A stretch of 64,000 nucleotides of DNA from Lama guanicoe (lineage: Eukaryota): contig MU053881.1 of the NCBI GenBank assembly GCA_013239625.1, forward strand, positions 5,353,957-5,417,956. Reading direction: 5' to 3'. Positions 1 through 13,322 of this stretch are shown piece by piece. Numbering within the stretch: position 1 is the first letter of the stretch; each line of letters starts with the position of its first letter. The translations under genes and the position numbers were made by a program. Below the pieces are notes generated by a model. It searched no databases and was not told the DNA's origin. It was given only the letters and a program-made list of their open reading frames with translations.

Positions 1-529
1 GAGAGGAAATTTATGAAAAAAACATTTATGGAGCATCATCTGTGTACCAGACAGCGTGACTCTCTTGCGATGAGAACCTCCACCACTTACGAAGTGCTCA
101 CGAGGTGCCCCCCGCCTGTTCTGTTCCGGGGCATCCCCCAAGCCAGCTGGTTTGACCTTCACAGTCGCCCTGGGAAGTAAGTATTTCTGTGGCTACATCC
201 CTCCCCTTTGTTGGCCCCAAACTAGGGATTCACCAGGCACTGCAGGCCCATGGCCACAGGGAGAATAGAAGGCTCGCCTAGGACCAGCCGAAGGTGGGCA
301 TCTTCATTGTGGGTCCTTCCAAGCCGATGTCCAGAACGTCCTCAGGCACGTTTACACTGCCCTGTGCGAAGTGAGCGAATTTCAGAACTAGCCCTCATTT
401 CATGCCATTTCATTCGTACGAAGAAAGCAATTAGTTAAATATCTAACAAAATGTGACTCCGTTGATCCAACTCTGAAATCTTTCATTTCTTTGAAGTTTT
501 TCATTAAAAATTTTTAGGTAGCTATCCTT

Positions 530-900
530 GGATACAGCCATTTGGGAGAGTAATCTGGCAGTTCTTTGGATAAATTGAATTCGCACACACCCAATGCCCA
601 AGCCATCCAGTCCCGGCTACATACCCCAGAGACAATCTCATGGGCCGCGAGAATGTTGATTACAGCACAGCTTGCGGCAGTGCGGAGTTGGAGGTAACCC
701 CCGTGTCCTTTACAGCAGAAGTGGCAGATGTACTAACAGAGAAATACCCAGAACAGCCTGCTGGATCTCAAAGACAACGTGCTGGGTGGAAAGAGCAAGA
801 AACAGACGGAGGACTGCAGCCCGATGTCATTACACCAAACACTACACGTGTTAATGGAGCTCTACAAGGAAAAGCAGCCTCCAAAAACCCAGTTAAATGA
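530..900 (+). mobile_element. Old L1 (L1ME-like) fragment
   Basis: Degenerate L1 3' motifs (cagccatttgggagagtaatctggcag ... ataccccagaga). Confidence 0.45.
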
Positions 901-919
901 TTTCTTACTGTAGCAATAA

Positions 920-1093
920 ATGATCGATCAAATGAGAAAAACAAAAGCTAGTTGTTTAGAGCAAGGGCGTAGCCACCGTCGCTCGTATTTTGGAAGAGGA
1001 TTAAAGGAGGCAGGAAGAGCAACACTTTATAGAGGGAAAAAGGGAGGGTTCCAGCTGAGCCCTGATCAGAAGCTGTTGGCATCGGGAAGCTTC
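920..1093. mobile_element. Old ERV LTR fragment
   Basis: Resembles ancient eutherian LTR sequence from recall (agcaagggcgtagccacc ... ccctgatcagaagctgttggc); family uncertain. Confidence 0.35.
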
Positions 1094-1096
1094 ATA

Positions 1097-1990
1097 TATG
1101 CAACTCAAAACCGCAGTGAGATCTCACCTCACACCCGTCAGAATGGCTATTATCAAAAAGACAAGAAATAACAAGCGCTGGTGAGGACGTGGAGAAAAGG
1201 AAACCTTTATGCACTATCGGTAGGGATGTACATTGGTGCAGCCCCCAGAGAAAACAGTATGGACCTTAAAAAACTAAAAATAGAGTACCATATGCTCCAG
1301 CAATCTGACTCCTGGTATATATTCGGAAAAGATGAAAACGTTAATTCAGAAAGACACATGCACCCCAATGTTCATAGCAGCACTATTTACCACAGCCAAG
1401 ACATGGAAGCAACCTAAATGTCCATCGACAGATGACTGGATAAAGAAGATGTTGAACATGTTTGCACGTATATAGATATACAATATTATTCAGTTATTAA
1501 AAAAGAAAGAAGTCCTGCTAATTGTGATAACATGAATGGAACCTGAGGGTATTATGCTGTGTGAAATAAGTCAGAGAAAGACACGATCTCACTTACATGT
1601 GGAAACAAAAAAACCACAGCAAAGAACAAAACATAGACACAGGGAAGAGACTGGTGGTTTCCAGAGGCAGAGTTTGTTGGGCAGAGGCAAAATGGGTGAA
1701 AGGGGTCAAAAGGCATAAATTTCCAGTTATAAAATAAATAAGTCATGGGGATGTAACATACAGCATGGTGACTACAGGTAAAACTCTACTGTATTTTTGA
1801 AAGTTGCTAAGAGGGTGGATCTTAAAAATTGTAATCACAGGAAAAAATTATAACTATATGTATTGATGGATGTTAACTAGACTTACTTCATGGTGATTAT
1901 TTTGCAATATATACAAATATCAAATTGTCATGTTGTACACCTGAAACTAATATGATGTTTCATGTCAATTATATCTCAATTTTTTAAAAA
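1097..1990 (+). mobile_element. 5'-truncated L1 (ORF2 C-terminus plus 3' UTR, L1MA-like)
   Basis: Hallmark L1 motifs (cacacccgtcagaatggctattatcaaaaagac; caacctaaatgtccatcgacagatgactggataaagaag), ending atatctcaat plus T/A tail. Confidence 0.9.
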
Positions 1991-2575
1991 TCTTGGAAAC
2001 TACTCCATACTGGTTTCTAGAGATCCTCCTCTCTCTATCTGAAAAGTTAATGTTTAATTACACAAGAAATAATGGCTCTCTTCTGGTTTTTTAAAAGCTG
2101 AATCTTGTATGTAAGGCTCAAGGCTCCCTCGAGACCCCCTCCGGTCTCCCACACCCTTGTGCAGCCCTCCCCAGCGTTTCGTGTTCATCCTCCAGATCTT
2201 CCCCTAGGCATGTGTGGCTGTATGCACACTTGGAGAAGGTTTCTTTACATAGATGGGACCACATTATAAACATCACTCTGTAAATGTGTTTTCTTGAGTC
2301 AGTAATGTGTGGAGTTTCTGCCATGTCGCTAGGTAATATCCCATTTTTCCTACCTGAAGAAATTCATCAGGTCCTGAAAGCACAGCTCGAACACCACCCC
2401 TGATAAAGCCTGCCCCAGCATGGCCACACGGAAGGCATCCTTCCTACCCCCGGGCTCCCACTGCCTGGGGCTTATCTTTCCTTGACTTTATCCTGATAGC
2501 TATAGGACATGTACCATCTGTGACACCCATCAAGCCCTTAGCACAGCCGTAGGGCAGGCACATACTAGATGGTGA

Positions 2576-3017
2576 TGTAACCGAGCAGAACCCTACAGGG
2601 CCTTCCCAGGACAGACCCCTCCTTCATATCCTTTGCTCCCCTCTGAAGTACCCAGATAACAATATTTCCTGAGTTTTTCAGATGCTAAAAACCACCACCA
2701 AGTGGAAGAAATTAACTACTTGTTGATCATAAGCACGGAGCCCCCAGACCTTCTGGTATCTAAGGATTGATCAACATCAACCAATCAGAATTGTGCACAG
2801 CTGATCACGTATCCCGGGACGCCCCTCCCTCAGCTGGCCTTTAAAAGTGCTCAGCTGAAACCCTTCGAGGAGTTGGGGGCAGTGTGGGGCTTGAGGTATG
2901 AGCCATGCGTTCCCCTTGCTCGGCCCAGCAATAAACCTTTCTCTGCTTCACATTCAGACATTTCGGTATTCTTTGGCCTCACTGTGCGTCGGGCACACAA
3001 ACTTGCGTTGGGTAACA
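2576..3017 (+). mobile_element. Solo ERV LTR (ERV1-like, 442 bp)
   Basis: TGTAACC...GGTAACA termini (imperfect inverted repeat); CCAAT at about 2781, TATA-like TTTAAAA at about 2840, AATAAA at about 2930, in canonical U3-R-U5 order; CpGs retained. Confidence 0.82.
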
Positions 3018-3169
3018 GGATGAGAGCTCCTGAGAGCAAGGCCCACGTCTTCATTCAACGTTCTTTCAACAGACATTAACTGTGGACCTACTATGGGCCA
3101 GGCCCTGGCATGGGCACTGGGCAGAGAAAGGAGAAAAAGACAGATGTGGCCTGTTGGTCAATTTTGAAT

Positions 3170-3615
3170 GCAGTAAGGGGTAGAGGTTAAATGCACGGCT
3201 TCCACAGCCAGCTGCCTGGGTTCGGATCCTGCCTCTGCCACTTAACAAGCTATGTGACCTTGCCAATTCTATTTTTCTTTAAAATTCTGGTCCTGTGCTC
3301 ATCAGAGATTGGGGTGTGTGTTAATTTTGTTTTTTTTTTTTTTTAATTTTGCTCTTCCATAGTATTTATCTTGATTACTGAGGGTCTTTGGGCACACCCC
3401 ACTTTGAACTGTGCACATGAGGCAAGTGCCTCCCTCAGCTCACTCTAGTCCTGGCCCTGCCTTGTGCAAAGATGTCATTCCTTTGTGCCTCAATTTCCTC
3501 ATCTGTCAAATGGGCATAACAACAGCGCCTCCTTCCCACTGTTGTTCTGAGGATTACATAAGCTAACATATGCACAGAGCTTATGCCAGATCAGGTGATA
3601 GGCAAGTATTAGCTG
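3170..3615 (+). mobile_element. MIR interrupted by a hAT MITE (MER96B-like, about 3266-3459)
   Basis: MIR halves (ggttcggatcctgcctctgccactt...gtgacctt; cctcaatttcctcatctgtcaaatggg) flank a segment ending gcaagtgcctccctcagctcactctagtcctggccctg. Confidence 0.65.
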
Positions 3616-5174
3616 TCACATGAGCATAGTGGCAGGCACACGGGGAGCACATGGTTAATGCTGGCTAATAAAGGAATGCTACAACAGCTACTGCTCGCTG
3701 GACATTTAACTCAGCACCTCTTTCCATCTGCGCTGCAAACAGAGGTTTTCCATAGTTCTCTGGAATATGACATGTGTTCAGTGCTGCGCTTGCCCTGCAG
3801 TGACTTGTTTCAAATGTAATCTCACAGCTCTTTTATGAAGGATAAAAAGGTCTTCCCTCCCACCATCTTAGCATTCTTAGCAAAACTCCATTCATCTTTG
3901 TCCATGATCGTATCTTCTCTTTCTCCCCCCAAGCAAGCCCTCTGCGGCTCCAGGGCCCCTCCTGGGACTTGAGTTACGTGTGCGTCTCAGTCGCCTGTGA
4001 TCACTGCCTTCGTTACCTTGCTTCCCCTTCACGTTCAGGCTACTCATTCATGAAGGACATTTACAGACATGTTCTTCCCCTGTATGTCTTCTGTCAGAGC
4101 AGAAACCCAAGGAGTGCCGGGGGGCAGCCCTGCCTCCCTCGTTACTTCTGGACTTTCAACTCATAGCCATCCATCTTTCAACGTCCCCTCCTGTTTATGC
4201 CAGCCCCTTCCTGTGCCAGCCTAGCCGGCTTGTAAACACAGCTCAGTTACAAACCTTTCTCTAGTGGAACTGTTCCTTTTGCTTTTGTCATTCCGCAACA
4301 TAGCCATTCCTTCCCCCTACCTTCCATGTTCTCTCTTCTTGCTTGCTGTTCAGAATCTTGATGTTCTTGGCCCAATTCTATTCTCTGACTTTCCAGCCTG
4401 TTCAAATTCAAAGCAACAAATATTGATCTCCATTTCCGCTTAGTACTTCCTGATTGTCTCCAGTGCCATTTAATGTATCCATTTGTAAAGGCTCTATCTT
4501 CCGGAATACATTTCCCTTTTACTGATTAAGTTCACAATAAGGGCCCGTGGCCACAGTCAAAGCCATCACAGTCCTGGCTCCACTCCCAGGCTAGCCTTTG
4601 TCCCCAGGTCCCCCTGGCCCCCCGCACCTCTCAGCGCCTGCAGGAACCTCCACTGTCTGTCCTTAACTCTGCTTTGAAAAGAAAATGCCCCTGACTAGAC
4701 AAAGGGAAACCAAAGCACACCTAATTTCCTCCTGGATCCAAGATTTATTCGGGAGAATGGTTTTTGTTGCTTTTTCCCGCCCCCTCCTCCAATTTCTAAG
4801 TAGTTTAGGTTTGGGGTTTTGGGGGGTTTTTTCAGTTTAAACTTGTGTTATTCACATCTCGATTGTACTGCTTTGTGAGCAAACGGCATGGACGATACGC
4901 TTTCTGCCTTTCAGGTTTAAAATAACTCTTCTTAGTGGCTTCGGATAGGATCCATCTTTGTGCTTGATCCATGGACACCCTAAAGAAGGTATATTCTCTA
5001 TTTGCAAAGGACAAAGTTCAGTGTGCTTCCATGAACTCCACTGTCATTCTAACGGGAACAGTAGTAAGGGTTGCCACCCATGGAGAGCTTGCTGTGTGTC
5101 AGGCTCTGTACTGAGCCCTTTCCATGAATTTTCTCATTTGACACCCCCAGGATCTGGCAAGAAATGCCTCTTGT

Positions 5175-5596
5175 TTTTGTTGTTTGTTGTTGTTGTTTTG
5201 TTTTGGGTTTTTTATTTTTAAATATAATTTTTTTTGCTTTTTAATTCTTTTATTGAAGTATAACCGACTTACAATTTTGTGTTAGCTTCAGGTGTACAGC
5301 AAAGTGATTCTGTTATACATACATATGTAAATATCTATATTTTTATTCTTTTTCATCATAGTTTATTACAAGATACTGAATATAGTTCCCTGTGATATAC
5401 AGTAAATCTATTTTATATATGGTCGTGTGCATCTGTTAATCCCATTCTCCCAACTTATCCCTCCCCCAACCCCTTTCCCCTTTCGTAACCATAAATTTGT
5501 TTTCTATGTCTGTGAGTCTGCTTCTGTTTTGTAAATAAATTCATTTGTACTATTTTTTAGATTCCACATATAAGTGACATCATACAGTATTTGTCT
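5175..5596 (-). mobile_element. L1 3' end (artiodactyl/camelid type) inserted in a MIR
   Basis: T-rich tail at left; 16-bp TSD aagaaatgcctcttgt (5159-5174) / aagaaatgtctcttgt (5597-5612). Confidence 0.9.
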
Positions 5597-8500
5597 AAGA
5601 AATGTCTCTTGTGATTCTCATTTTACTGATGAGGAAACCAAGGCTTAGAGGGTTTTGATACCTTGTGTAAGGTCACACCATCAGAGGCATGGAGCTGGGA
5701 TTCAGATTTAAGTCTGATTCCTAAGCTTGGACTCGACTATGGTTAAAGTCTTCCATATCAGGGATTCACGGAGCTCCTGGCAGATAGAATGAGCCCCTCC
5801 GTTACCTGCAAGATAGTAACCTACCTGCAGATGGTGCATTTTTCTGGAGGAAAGGTTCATTGAGCTCGCTGGATTCTCTAAAAAGTCGAGAACCATTGCT
5901 CAATGTCCATACGTACTTTTTGTCTATGTGACCTACTAGAGAATGAGATGGGTGTTTAATCCCGCCCATCCCCTCTTGGATTTCTGTTTATTTTCCTATT
6001 CTGCTTTATCTGTTTTTTTGCTGCAATGTTTCTTCCAGCACATTGAGATCTATGACTCATATCATCAATGCAAATAGTACCTCTTTCTCAATACAAAATG
6101 ATTCTCTACAACTAAATAACTATTTTTGGACTTCAGGTTTAGCCCTTGCCAGCTTTGTGACCTTAGAGCACACATTTCCCTTCTGTGAACTTTGGTTCTG
6201 GAAAGCGGGGACCCCCCCATTCCTGCCATGGGGCCGCTGGTCAAACTCAGCAGAAACCCCTTCAAGCCACTGAAGCCAGAAACATGTGCCTATGGAGGAA
6301 TTCCTGTTTCTTTCCTATGGATGTCACATCTTCCCTGACTCACGCAGGTGGCAGGCTCTGGGCTTCCTGGCCCCCTGGGAGATTTGAAGCAGAACTTTCC
6401 TCTCCCAGACCTGAGCCCCCTGAGGAGAACAGGGTTTGAAGAAGAGGGTGAAAAAGTTAGAAGCAGCTCTGTTGGTTGACAGCTGGCAGCCGGCCTCTTG
6501 CTTGTGGCCAGGCTGTGCCGGTCTGTCCTGAATATGCACAATTTCCCAGAATATCAGTGTCAGATGAGGCTGCCTTGTGACAGTGATGGAGCAGGGAAAA
6601 AAAAAAACAAGAAGAGACGAAAACACACCCAAGAAGAGATGAAAACAATGACCCCCAAGCCACCCCAAATGAGCAAACATACCCCTCCTGCCAGACCTGA
6701 GTGATTGCTGCTCGGGTCCCCCCACCTTCTAGGTGAAAAGTAACTGCCCGGTCATCCAGTTACCCTCACTTTCTGACAGCACCCAATCCAGAACAAACCC
6801 CTGCTTCCTTGAACCCTCCCCTAAACCCTCTAACAAGCCCCCCTTACACTCCCCCTACCCCAGCACCCACAGCTCCCTGTGGTGTGTGTCCTTCTTGAAG
6901 CGGCAGGTAACACACCCACAGGTGCGTCTGCCCACAGGTGTGTGCTGGGGTGTTTGGCTGCTGGGCGTCAACAAGAGATTTCCCCGAGGACAAAAAGAGC
7001 CCTTCCCAGGCTTGGGAGGAGCAGGAGGCTCTGCAGATCCGAGAGCAGAAGGGGGCTGTGCCTGCTCCCGGGCTGCACCTTGAGGAGGGGCCGGAGCTCC
7101 ACAGAGACCCTGGGATCATCAGGGAGGCTGAGCCCCAAGCCTCTCCAGAGATCTGGCGCCCCTAGCAGGATGCAGACATGCTGAGCAGGGGACACGAAGG
7201 GACCGTATGGGCCAGAGCCGACAGCGACTCGGCATGAGTGGCTACCGTGATGAGTGGAAAGACACGAAGTGGCTGCTGGGACCTCACTCGGTGTGAAACC
7301 CCCGTTAGAGCCTGGGGAGGGGTTACCCCAAGAGTGACTGAGCAAAATTAAGTTTAAGAAAATTAAGGAATGAAGTCGTTCTTGGACACCTACACCTGTC
7401 GCCTGAATTTCACACCTACTACGTGGATTAAGCGGGTTTAAAGGGACTGGGGTATCTTAAGTAACTCCAGGACAGAGATGCAGTGGGGCTTCGGGAAGGG
7501 TGTGACCCGGGCCTGAAAGGAAGCCAGGAGTCTGTGTTCACCTCTCGTTCCTGCCTCTCTCCACCAGTCTGTCTGAACCTTTTCTCTCTGCAATTTCACA
7601 TGAACCACCATTCAGCTCCCGGGGCCGGAGACGCCACCTCACAGCCCCCGAGTAGACCCCTCTCCCCCAGCCCGGGGTCCCATAGAAGCAGAGCCCGAGG
7701 CCAACAGAAGGGCTTTGCTGGAGACAGGGATTCAGGAGGTAGGAGAGAGGGTTGTGCAACATTGCATCCCCGAGGGGCCAGGTTGCTTAATCCCGCAGGT
7801 CCCCCTGAGCAGCCATCCTTCTGGGGGAAGGCAGGGGAAAGCACCTGTCGGCTGACTGCCGTTCCCTGCTGCCCATGCCCATATCAGGTCATGCTTGCAC
7901 GAGCTCCTGGAAGTTTCCGGGCATCTTTCCTACCCCTGGGAAGGAAGCTCTGGGGCAGGAGAGGAAAGCGGGTGGACAGCCTGAGCTAAGGTGCCATCAG
8001 GTTACTCCTGCGTGAAGCTGGTCAGAGCCTCCACAGAACTCACCTGCAGAGAAGCTTCAAGAAGAAACAGGTGAGGGGGGAGGGTAAGAGCCTAGACACT
8101 GAGAAAGTGCACAAGAAGTGTCAATGCCACCTCCTGCTTACAAGCAACCTATTCGGGTCCAGAGAGAGTCTCTCGGTCTGTTCTAAATCTCCTGCAAGAG
8201 GATCCGTTGGCCTGGGTTTGGGTCAGCTTTCACTTCTCCAAATAACAGCAGCCCCACCGCAACTCCATGATAACAAGATGCCCCTCATCTCGCCCCGAGG
8301 GTGGTGTCAGAGGGGGCCTAGTGGAGAGTCAGGATGTCACCACTTGGCAATAACTAGGCCACATACATACACAGAGAGTCAGTGGAGATCACGTGGGGAA
8401 TCAGAATTCCCTCCCTGCCCAGCAGTAACCAGAAGCCCTGTACGGCGGGTGCGAACAAAAGCTGGGTAGAAAACCTGATGGTCCATCCTCACTTGGCCAT

Positions 8501-9445
8501 AACGAGGCACAGCCCCCTCCAGCCCGCCACAACACTGGCGGCGAATGTCTGCTAAAACCTAACATTTAAACAAGATGCAGAACCTTCTCATACCCCAAAA
8601 GTCCAAGTTTTGATTGAAAATCTCTCCTCATACTGAGAACCAGGAAGATCTAAACAAAATGAGGAAAGACAATCAACAGACACCAACACTAAGACGATGC
8701 AGATGTTAGAATTATCCAACAGGGGATTTAAAGCAGCAATCACAAAAATGCTTCAACAAGCAATCGTGAACATGCTTGAAACTAAGGAAAAATTAGAAAG
8801 AAAAGAAAATAGAAGCTATAAAGAAGAGCCATCAAGTAGGAATTTTGGAACTAAAAGAAAAAAATAATACAATAACTAAAATAAACCCAGTAGATGGGCT
8901 CAACAGTGGGTTGGAAAGGACAGAGGAAAGAATCAGAGAACTTGAAGATGTAACCGAAGGAATTATCCAATCTGAACAGAGAGAAAATAGATTGGAAAAA
9001 AATGAACATGTACATGTGGAACGTAATGAAAGATCTAATATTCATGTCATTGGAGTCCTGGAAGGACAAGAGAAAGAGGAAGGTACTGAAAATTACTTGA
9101 AGAAATACTGCCTGATATTTTTCCAAATTTGGCAGCAAAAGGGAAAAAAAGCCTACAGATTCAAGAAATTGAGCAAATCCCAAACAGAATAAACCCAAAG
9201 AAATGCACGGTAAGACACATCATAGTCAGACTTCCCAAAACTAGAGACAAAGTCTTGAAAGTAGCCAGAGAGAAATGACACAACAGAGGAAAATCCATTC
9301 AAATGACAGCAGACTTCTCATTAAAAAACCGTGGAAGCCGGACGGAAGTGGCATATTTTTTTAGGTGTCAACTGTCAACTCAGAATGATATAGCCAGCAA
9401 AAATATCCTTCAGGAATGAAGGAGAAGTCAAAATACCCTCAGATA

Positions 9446-10166
9446 AATTGGTGCAGGCACTATGGAGAATATAATGGAGGTTCCTTAAAAAACTAAAAAT
9501 AGAGATACCATATGATCCAGCAATCCCACTCCTGGACATATATCCAGAGAAAATTCTAATTTGAAAAGATACATGTTTCCCAATGTTCACAGCAGCACTA
9601 CTTACAATAGTCAAGACATGGAAACAACCTAAATGTCCATCAACAGATGACTGGATAAAGACGACGTGGTATGTGTGTATATGCATATATTGTATATATG
9701 CATATACACAATGGAGTACTACTCAGCCATAAAAAAGAATGAAATAATGCCACTTGCAGTAACATGGATAGACCTAGAGATCATCATACTAAGTAAGTCA
9801 GACAGAGAAAGACAAATATCATATGATATCACTTATATGTGAAATCTTAAAAAAAATGATACAAAGAACTTATTTACAAACCAGAAATAGACTCACAGAC
9901 ATAAAAAACAATGGTTACCAAAGGGGAAAGGAGTCTGGGGGAAGGATAAATTAGGAGTTTGGGATTAACATATGCACACTACTATATATAAAACAGATAA
10001 ACAACAAGGACCTACTGTATAGCATAGGGAACTCTATTCAATATCTTATAATAACCTATAACGGAAAAGAATCTGAAAAGTAATATATATGTATAACTGA
10101 ATCTCTGCTGTATACCTGAAACTAACACAACATTGTAAATCAACTATACTTCAAGTAAAAAAAAAA
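9446..10166 (+). mobile_element. Younger L1 3' end nested in the old L1 ORF1
   Basis: ORF1 sequence breaks at ctcagat (9438-9444) and resumes at ctcagat (10168-10174) after a poly(A) tail. Confidence 0.88.
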
Positions 10167-11053
10167 TCTCAGATGGAAGAATACTGGGAGAACTTGTCAC
10201 CCAGCAGACCTATGCTAAAGGAAATGGCTAAAGAAGTTCTCTAAACAGAGGAAATGTCAAAAGAAGGGCGCTTGGACCATCAGGAAGGAAGGAGGGAAGG
10301 CAGTGAATCAGTGAAGAAGTGGATAAATACAATAAACGTTCCTTCTCCTCTAGAGTTTTCTGATTATGTTTGATGGTGACAGCAAAAACTGTAACACTGT
10401 CTAATGTGATGGATTCTGAATGCATGCAGAGGCAATGTTCATGACACTCATACATGAAGGACTGCAGGAGACACAAAAGGAGGTAAGTTTTCTACACTTC
10501 ACTTGAACTTTGTATAATGTTACCACCAGGAGACTTTGGTAAGTGTTCTATACAGAATATAATACCTAAAGCAGCACTTAAAAAAAAAACATGCAAAGAG
10601 ATACACTTAAAAACACTACAGATCATCTTTTCAACAGGCGGTGCTGAGACAACTGGATAGACATGCAAAATAATGAAGTTAAATGCTTACTTTCACACCG
10701 TACACAAAAAAATTAACTCCATATGGATCAAAGACTGAAACAGAAGAGGGAAAACAAGAAAATCCTTAGAAGAAACCACAGGGGTAAATCTTCATAGCCT
10801 TGGATTTGGCAATGGAGTCTTAAATACGACACCAAAGCAAAAAGTAATTAAAAGAACAAATAGATACATCGGACTTCATCAAAAGTAAAAACATTTGTGC
10901 TTCATAGAACACTACCAAGAGGCTTAAAGACAACCTACAGAGCGTGAGAAAATACTTGCAAATCACATACAGGATGAAGGACTCATGTCTAGAATATATA
11001 AGAACCCGTACAACTCAACAAAAAGACAAACACACCAATTAAAAATGGCAAAG

Positions 11054-11195
11054 NNNNNNNNNNNNNNNNNNNNNNNNNNNNNNNNNNNNNNNNNNNNNNN
11101 NNNNNNNNNNNNNNNNNNNNNNNNNNNNNNNNNNNNNNNNNNNNNNNNNNNNNNNNNNNNNNNNNNNNNNNNNNNNNNNNNNNNNNNNNNNNNNN
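11054..11195. other. Assembly gap (142 N)
   Basis: N run inside L1. Confidence 0.99.
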
Positions 11196-12864
11196 GCTCA
11201 CGATAAAAGAAAAATGGAAAATAACAAATCTTGGCAAGGATGTGGAGAAACTGGAGAGCTCGTGTTGCTGATGGAAATATAAAATGGCGCAGCCACTGTG
11301 GACAAGTTTGGCAATTCCTCAGTAACTTAAATATGGAATTACCATATGACCCAGCAATTCCACTTCTGGGTATATATATCCAACAGAGTTGAAAGCTTGT
11401 GTTCCAACAAAACTTGTACTGAAATGTCCCAGCAGCACTATTCACAATAGCCAAAAGGTGGAAACAACCCAAATGTCCATCAACCGATGAACGGCTAGAC
11501 GTTTATTGTGGTATATCCATACAACGGACTGTCAGTCACAGCTGTCAGAACAGCTGCAATTAACATCAGAGGCGATGTCAAATGCTGGAGAAGAGGCAGA
11601 GAAACTGGATCTCTCATCCATGGCTGGTGAAAACAGAAAATGGTATAGTCACTCTGGAAAAGAGTCGGCAATTTCTTAAATGGGTACAAAACTTACCAGA
11701 TTCTTAATGGATTTCAACCTCCTGGAACTGCAAGATTCTAATGGAAAATGAGATTGCAGATGCAGTTAGAAACCTGGGAGTGCCAGGTGGAAATTTCCCA
11801 AAAATCTTCCCTCCCCAAGGGAAGTGAATAGAAATGGAGTAAAGAGAGTTCTGGAAATTGACTCCAAGGAGTGGGAGGCAGCCAACTCGGCCGGCCTCAT
11901 TTTCTGCTCTGACTTGAGCCGGTGTCTGGCCACCTGGAATACTGAAGAAGCCGGACTCAAGGGGACAAGCAGGAAGCGACCTAATTGTACCCCCAGCACT
12001 GTCTTCAAAACCACTGCCGGCCTCCCTCCCCATCTCAGGAACACTTGTAGCTCCTTCTTTCAGGGTGAGCTTTGTAGGATCTTTCAAGGCTCCCTCCACT
12101 ACTGAAGCCCTTTCCTGCCCAGTCCTTGGCTTCAGTGTGTTTGTGACTATCCTTCAGACCCCTGCTCCGAAGTTCCACCACTTGGCCTCTCTCTGGAAGG
12201 GGTAACCAGGCACAGACCCCTCAAAGGCCCCTTGGCCTGGGGCAGGGGCTTTCAGGGAGCTCCAGCTCAGCTCCCCTCTCAGTGTGTGTCCTGCCCGATT
12301 CTGGAAGTGGAAGCAATGGCCCCTCTCTCTTGGCTCGGCCCTCGTGAGCTGCTCCAACCAGCTATAGGCCGTGCCTTTTTCTAGAGCAGAGTCCAGATCC
12401 TGAGGCTCCGGGCCCCACCTATTTCAGGGGGTCCCAGCCATGTTCCCCAAAGGACTCCCACCATGGGGAGCACCCAGCCTACGGGGGCCTTCCAGGGTCT
12501 GCAGCTCAGAAGACATGGCATGATTGGTGAGCAACGGGGGAGATGTCAGTCTCCCTCCTGGCTGACACCCCCAATCTACAAGCAGTTGTCTTGAAGGATA
12601 ACCTCCTATCTTGGTCTTGGTTGAGGGGAGAGAACCAAAAGAACAAAAGGGAAACATAACCCCTAAACAGCTCTCTTTAGAGAGATCCCCACCCCCAGTG
12701 ACGTCCTGGTGTGACCTGGGGTGATGGTGGACTAAGGGCCACAAACTCCCTCTTACCCCCAGGTGTTTACACCTCCCGTCAGCCCCACGCGCACAGAGTT
12801 CCCCTACCTCTCCAAAGCGTCAGCATAGTTACCTGGCCATGTCGCTCTCCTTAAAATTCCTCCC

Positions 12865-12971
12865 GTGCTCACCTGGGAAGCACATATGCTAAAACTGGAA
12901 CAATACAAAGCAGGTTAGCATGGTCCCCGTGCAAGGATGACATGCAAATTTGTGAAGCATTCCATATTTTT
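12865..12971 (+). pseudogene. Full-length U6 snRNA retrocopy (5' half of a U6/L1 chimera)
   Basis: GTGCTCacctgggaagCACATATgCTAAAAcTGGAAC...GCAAGGATGACAtGCAAATTtGTGAAGCaTTCCATATTTT aligns end to end with U6, with CpG-type decay. No upstream PSE/TATA is evident. Confidence 0.93.
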
Positions 12972-13322
12972 AAAATGATACAAATTCTGTTTACAAACCA
13001 AAAAACAGACTCTTGGACGTAGAAAACAAACTATGGTTACCAAAGAGGAAAGGGTGGTGGTGGGGAGGAGGGATAAATTTGGGGTTAGGAATTAACAGAC
13101 ACACATTACTATATATATAAAATATAAAATAGATAAACAGGGACTTACTGTGTAACACAGGGAACTACATTCAATTTCTTGTAATAACATATACTGGAAA
13201 ATAATCTGAAAGAAAAAATCTATATATATATATGTGTGTGTGTGTAAATGAATCACTGTTGTAACTAATGTTGAAACTAATGTTGTAAATCAACTACACG
13301 TCAATTAAAAAAAATTTTTTTT
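12972..13322 (+). mobile_element. L1 3' end fused directly to U6 (3' half of the chimera)
   Basis: Homologous to the L1 3' UTR copy at about 9855-10160. A/T-rich tail; candidate TSD aattcctccc (12855-12864) / aatcctccc (13323-13331). Confidence 0.88.

Larger units (their letters stand above)
8230..11690 (+). mobile_element. Old L1 relic (5' UTR, ORF1 remnant, internally deleted, ORF2 3' part)
   Basis: ORF 8845-9192 translates to ORF1p-like sequence (DGLNSGLERTEERIRELED...RSNIHVIGVLEG). ORF2 C-terminal nucleotide motifs at 10620-11500. Many stops and frameshifts. Confidence 0.85.

Noticed and set aside
8845-9192. 115-aa coiled-coil-like ORF
   Set aside because: Decayed L1 ORF1p remnant with a non-ATG start, stops, and interruption by another L1; not a host gene.
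12865-12971. Functional U6 snRNA gene (also considered for 51301-51402)
   Set aside because: Many substitutions including CpG decay, no evident PSE/TATA upstream, and retroposition hallmarks (L1 fusion or poly(A), TSD).
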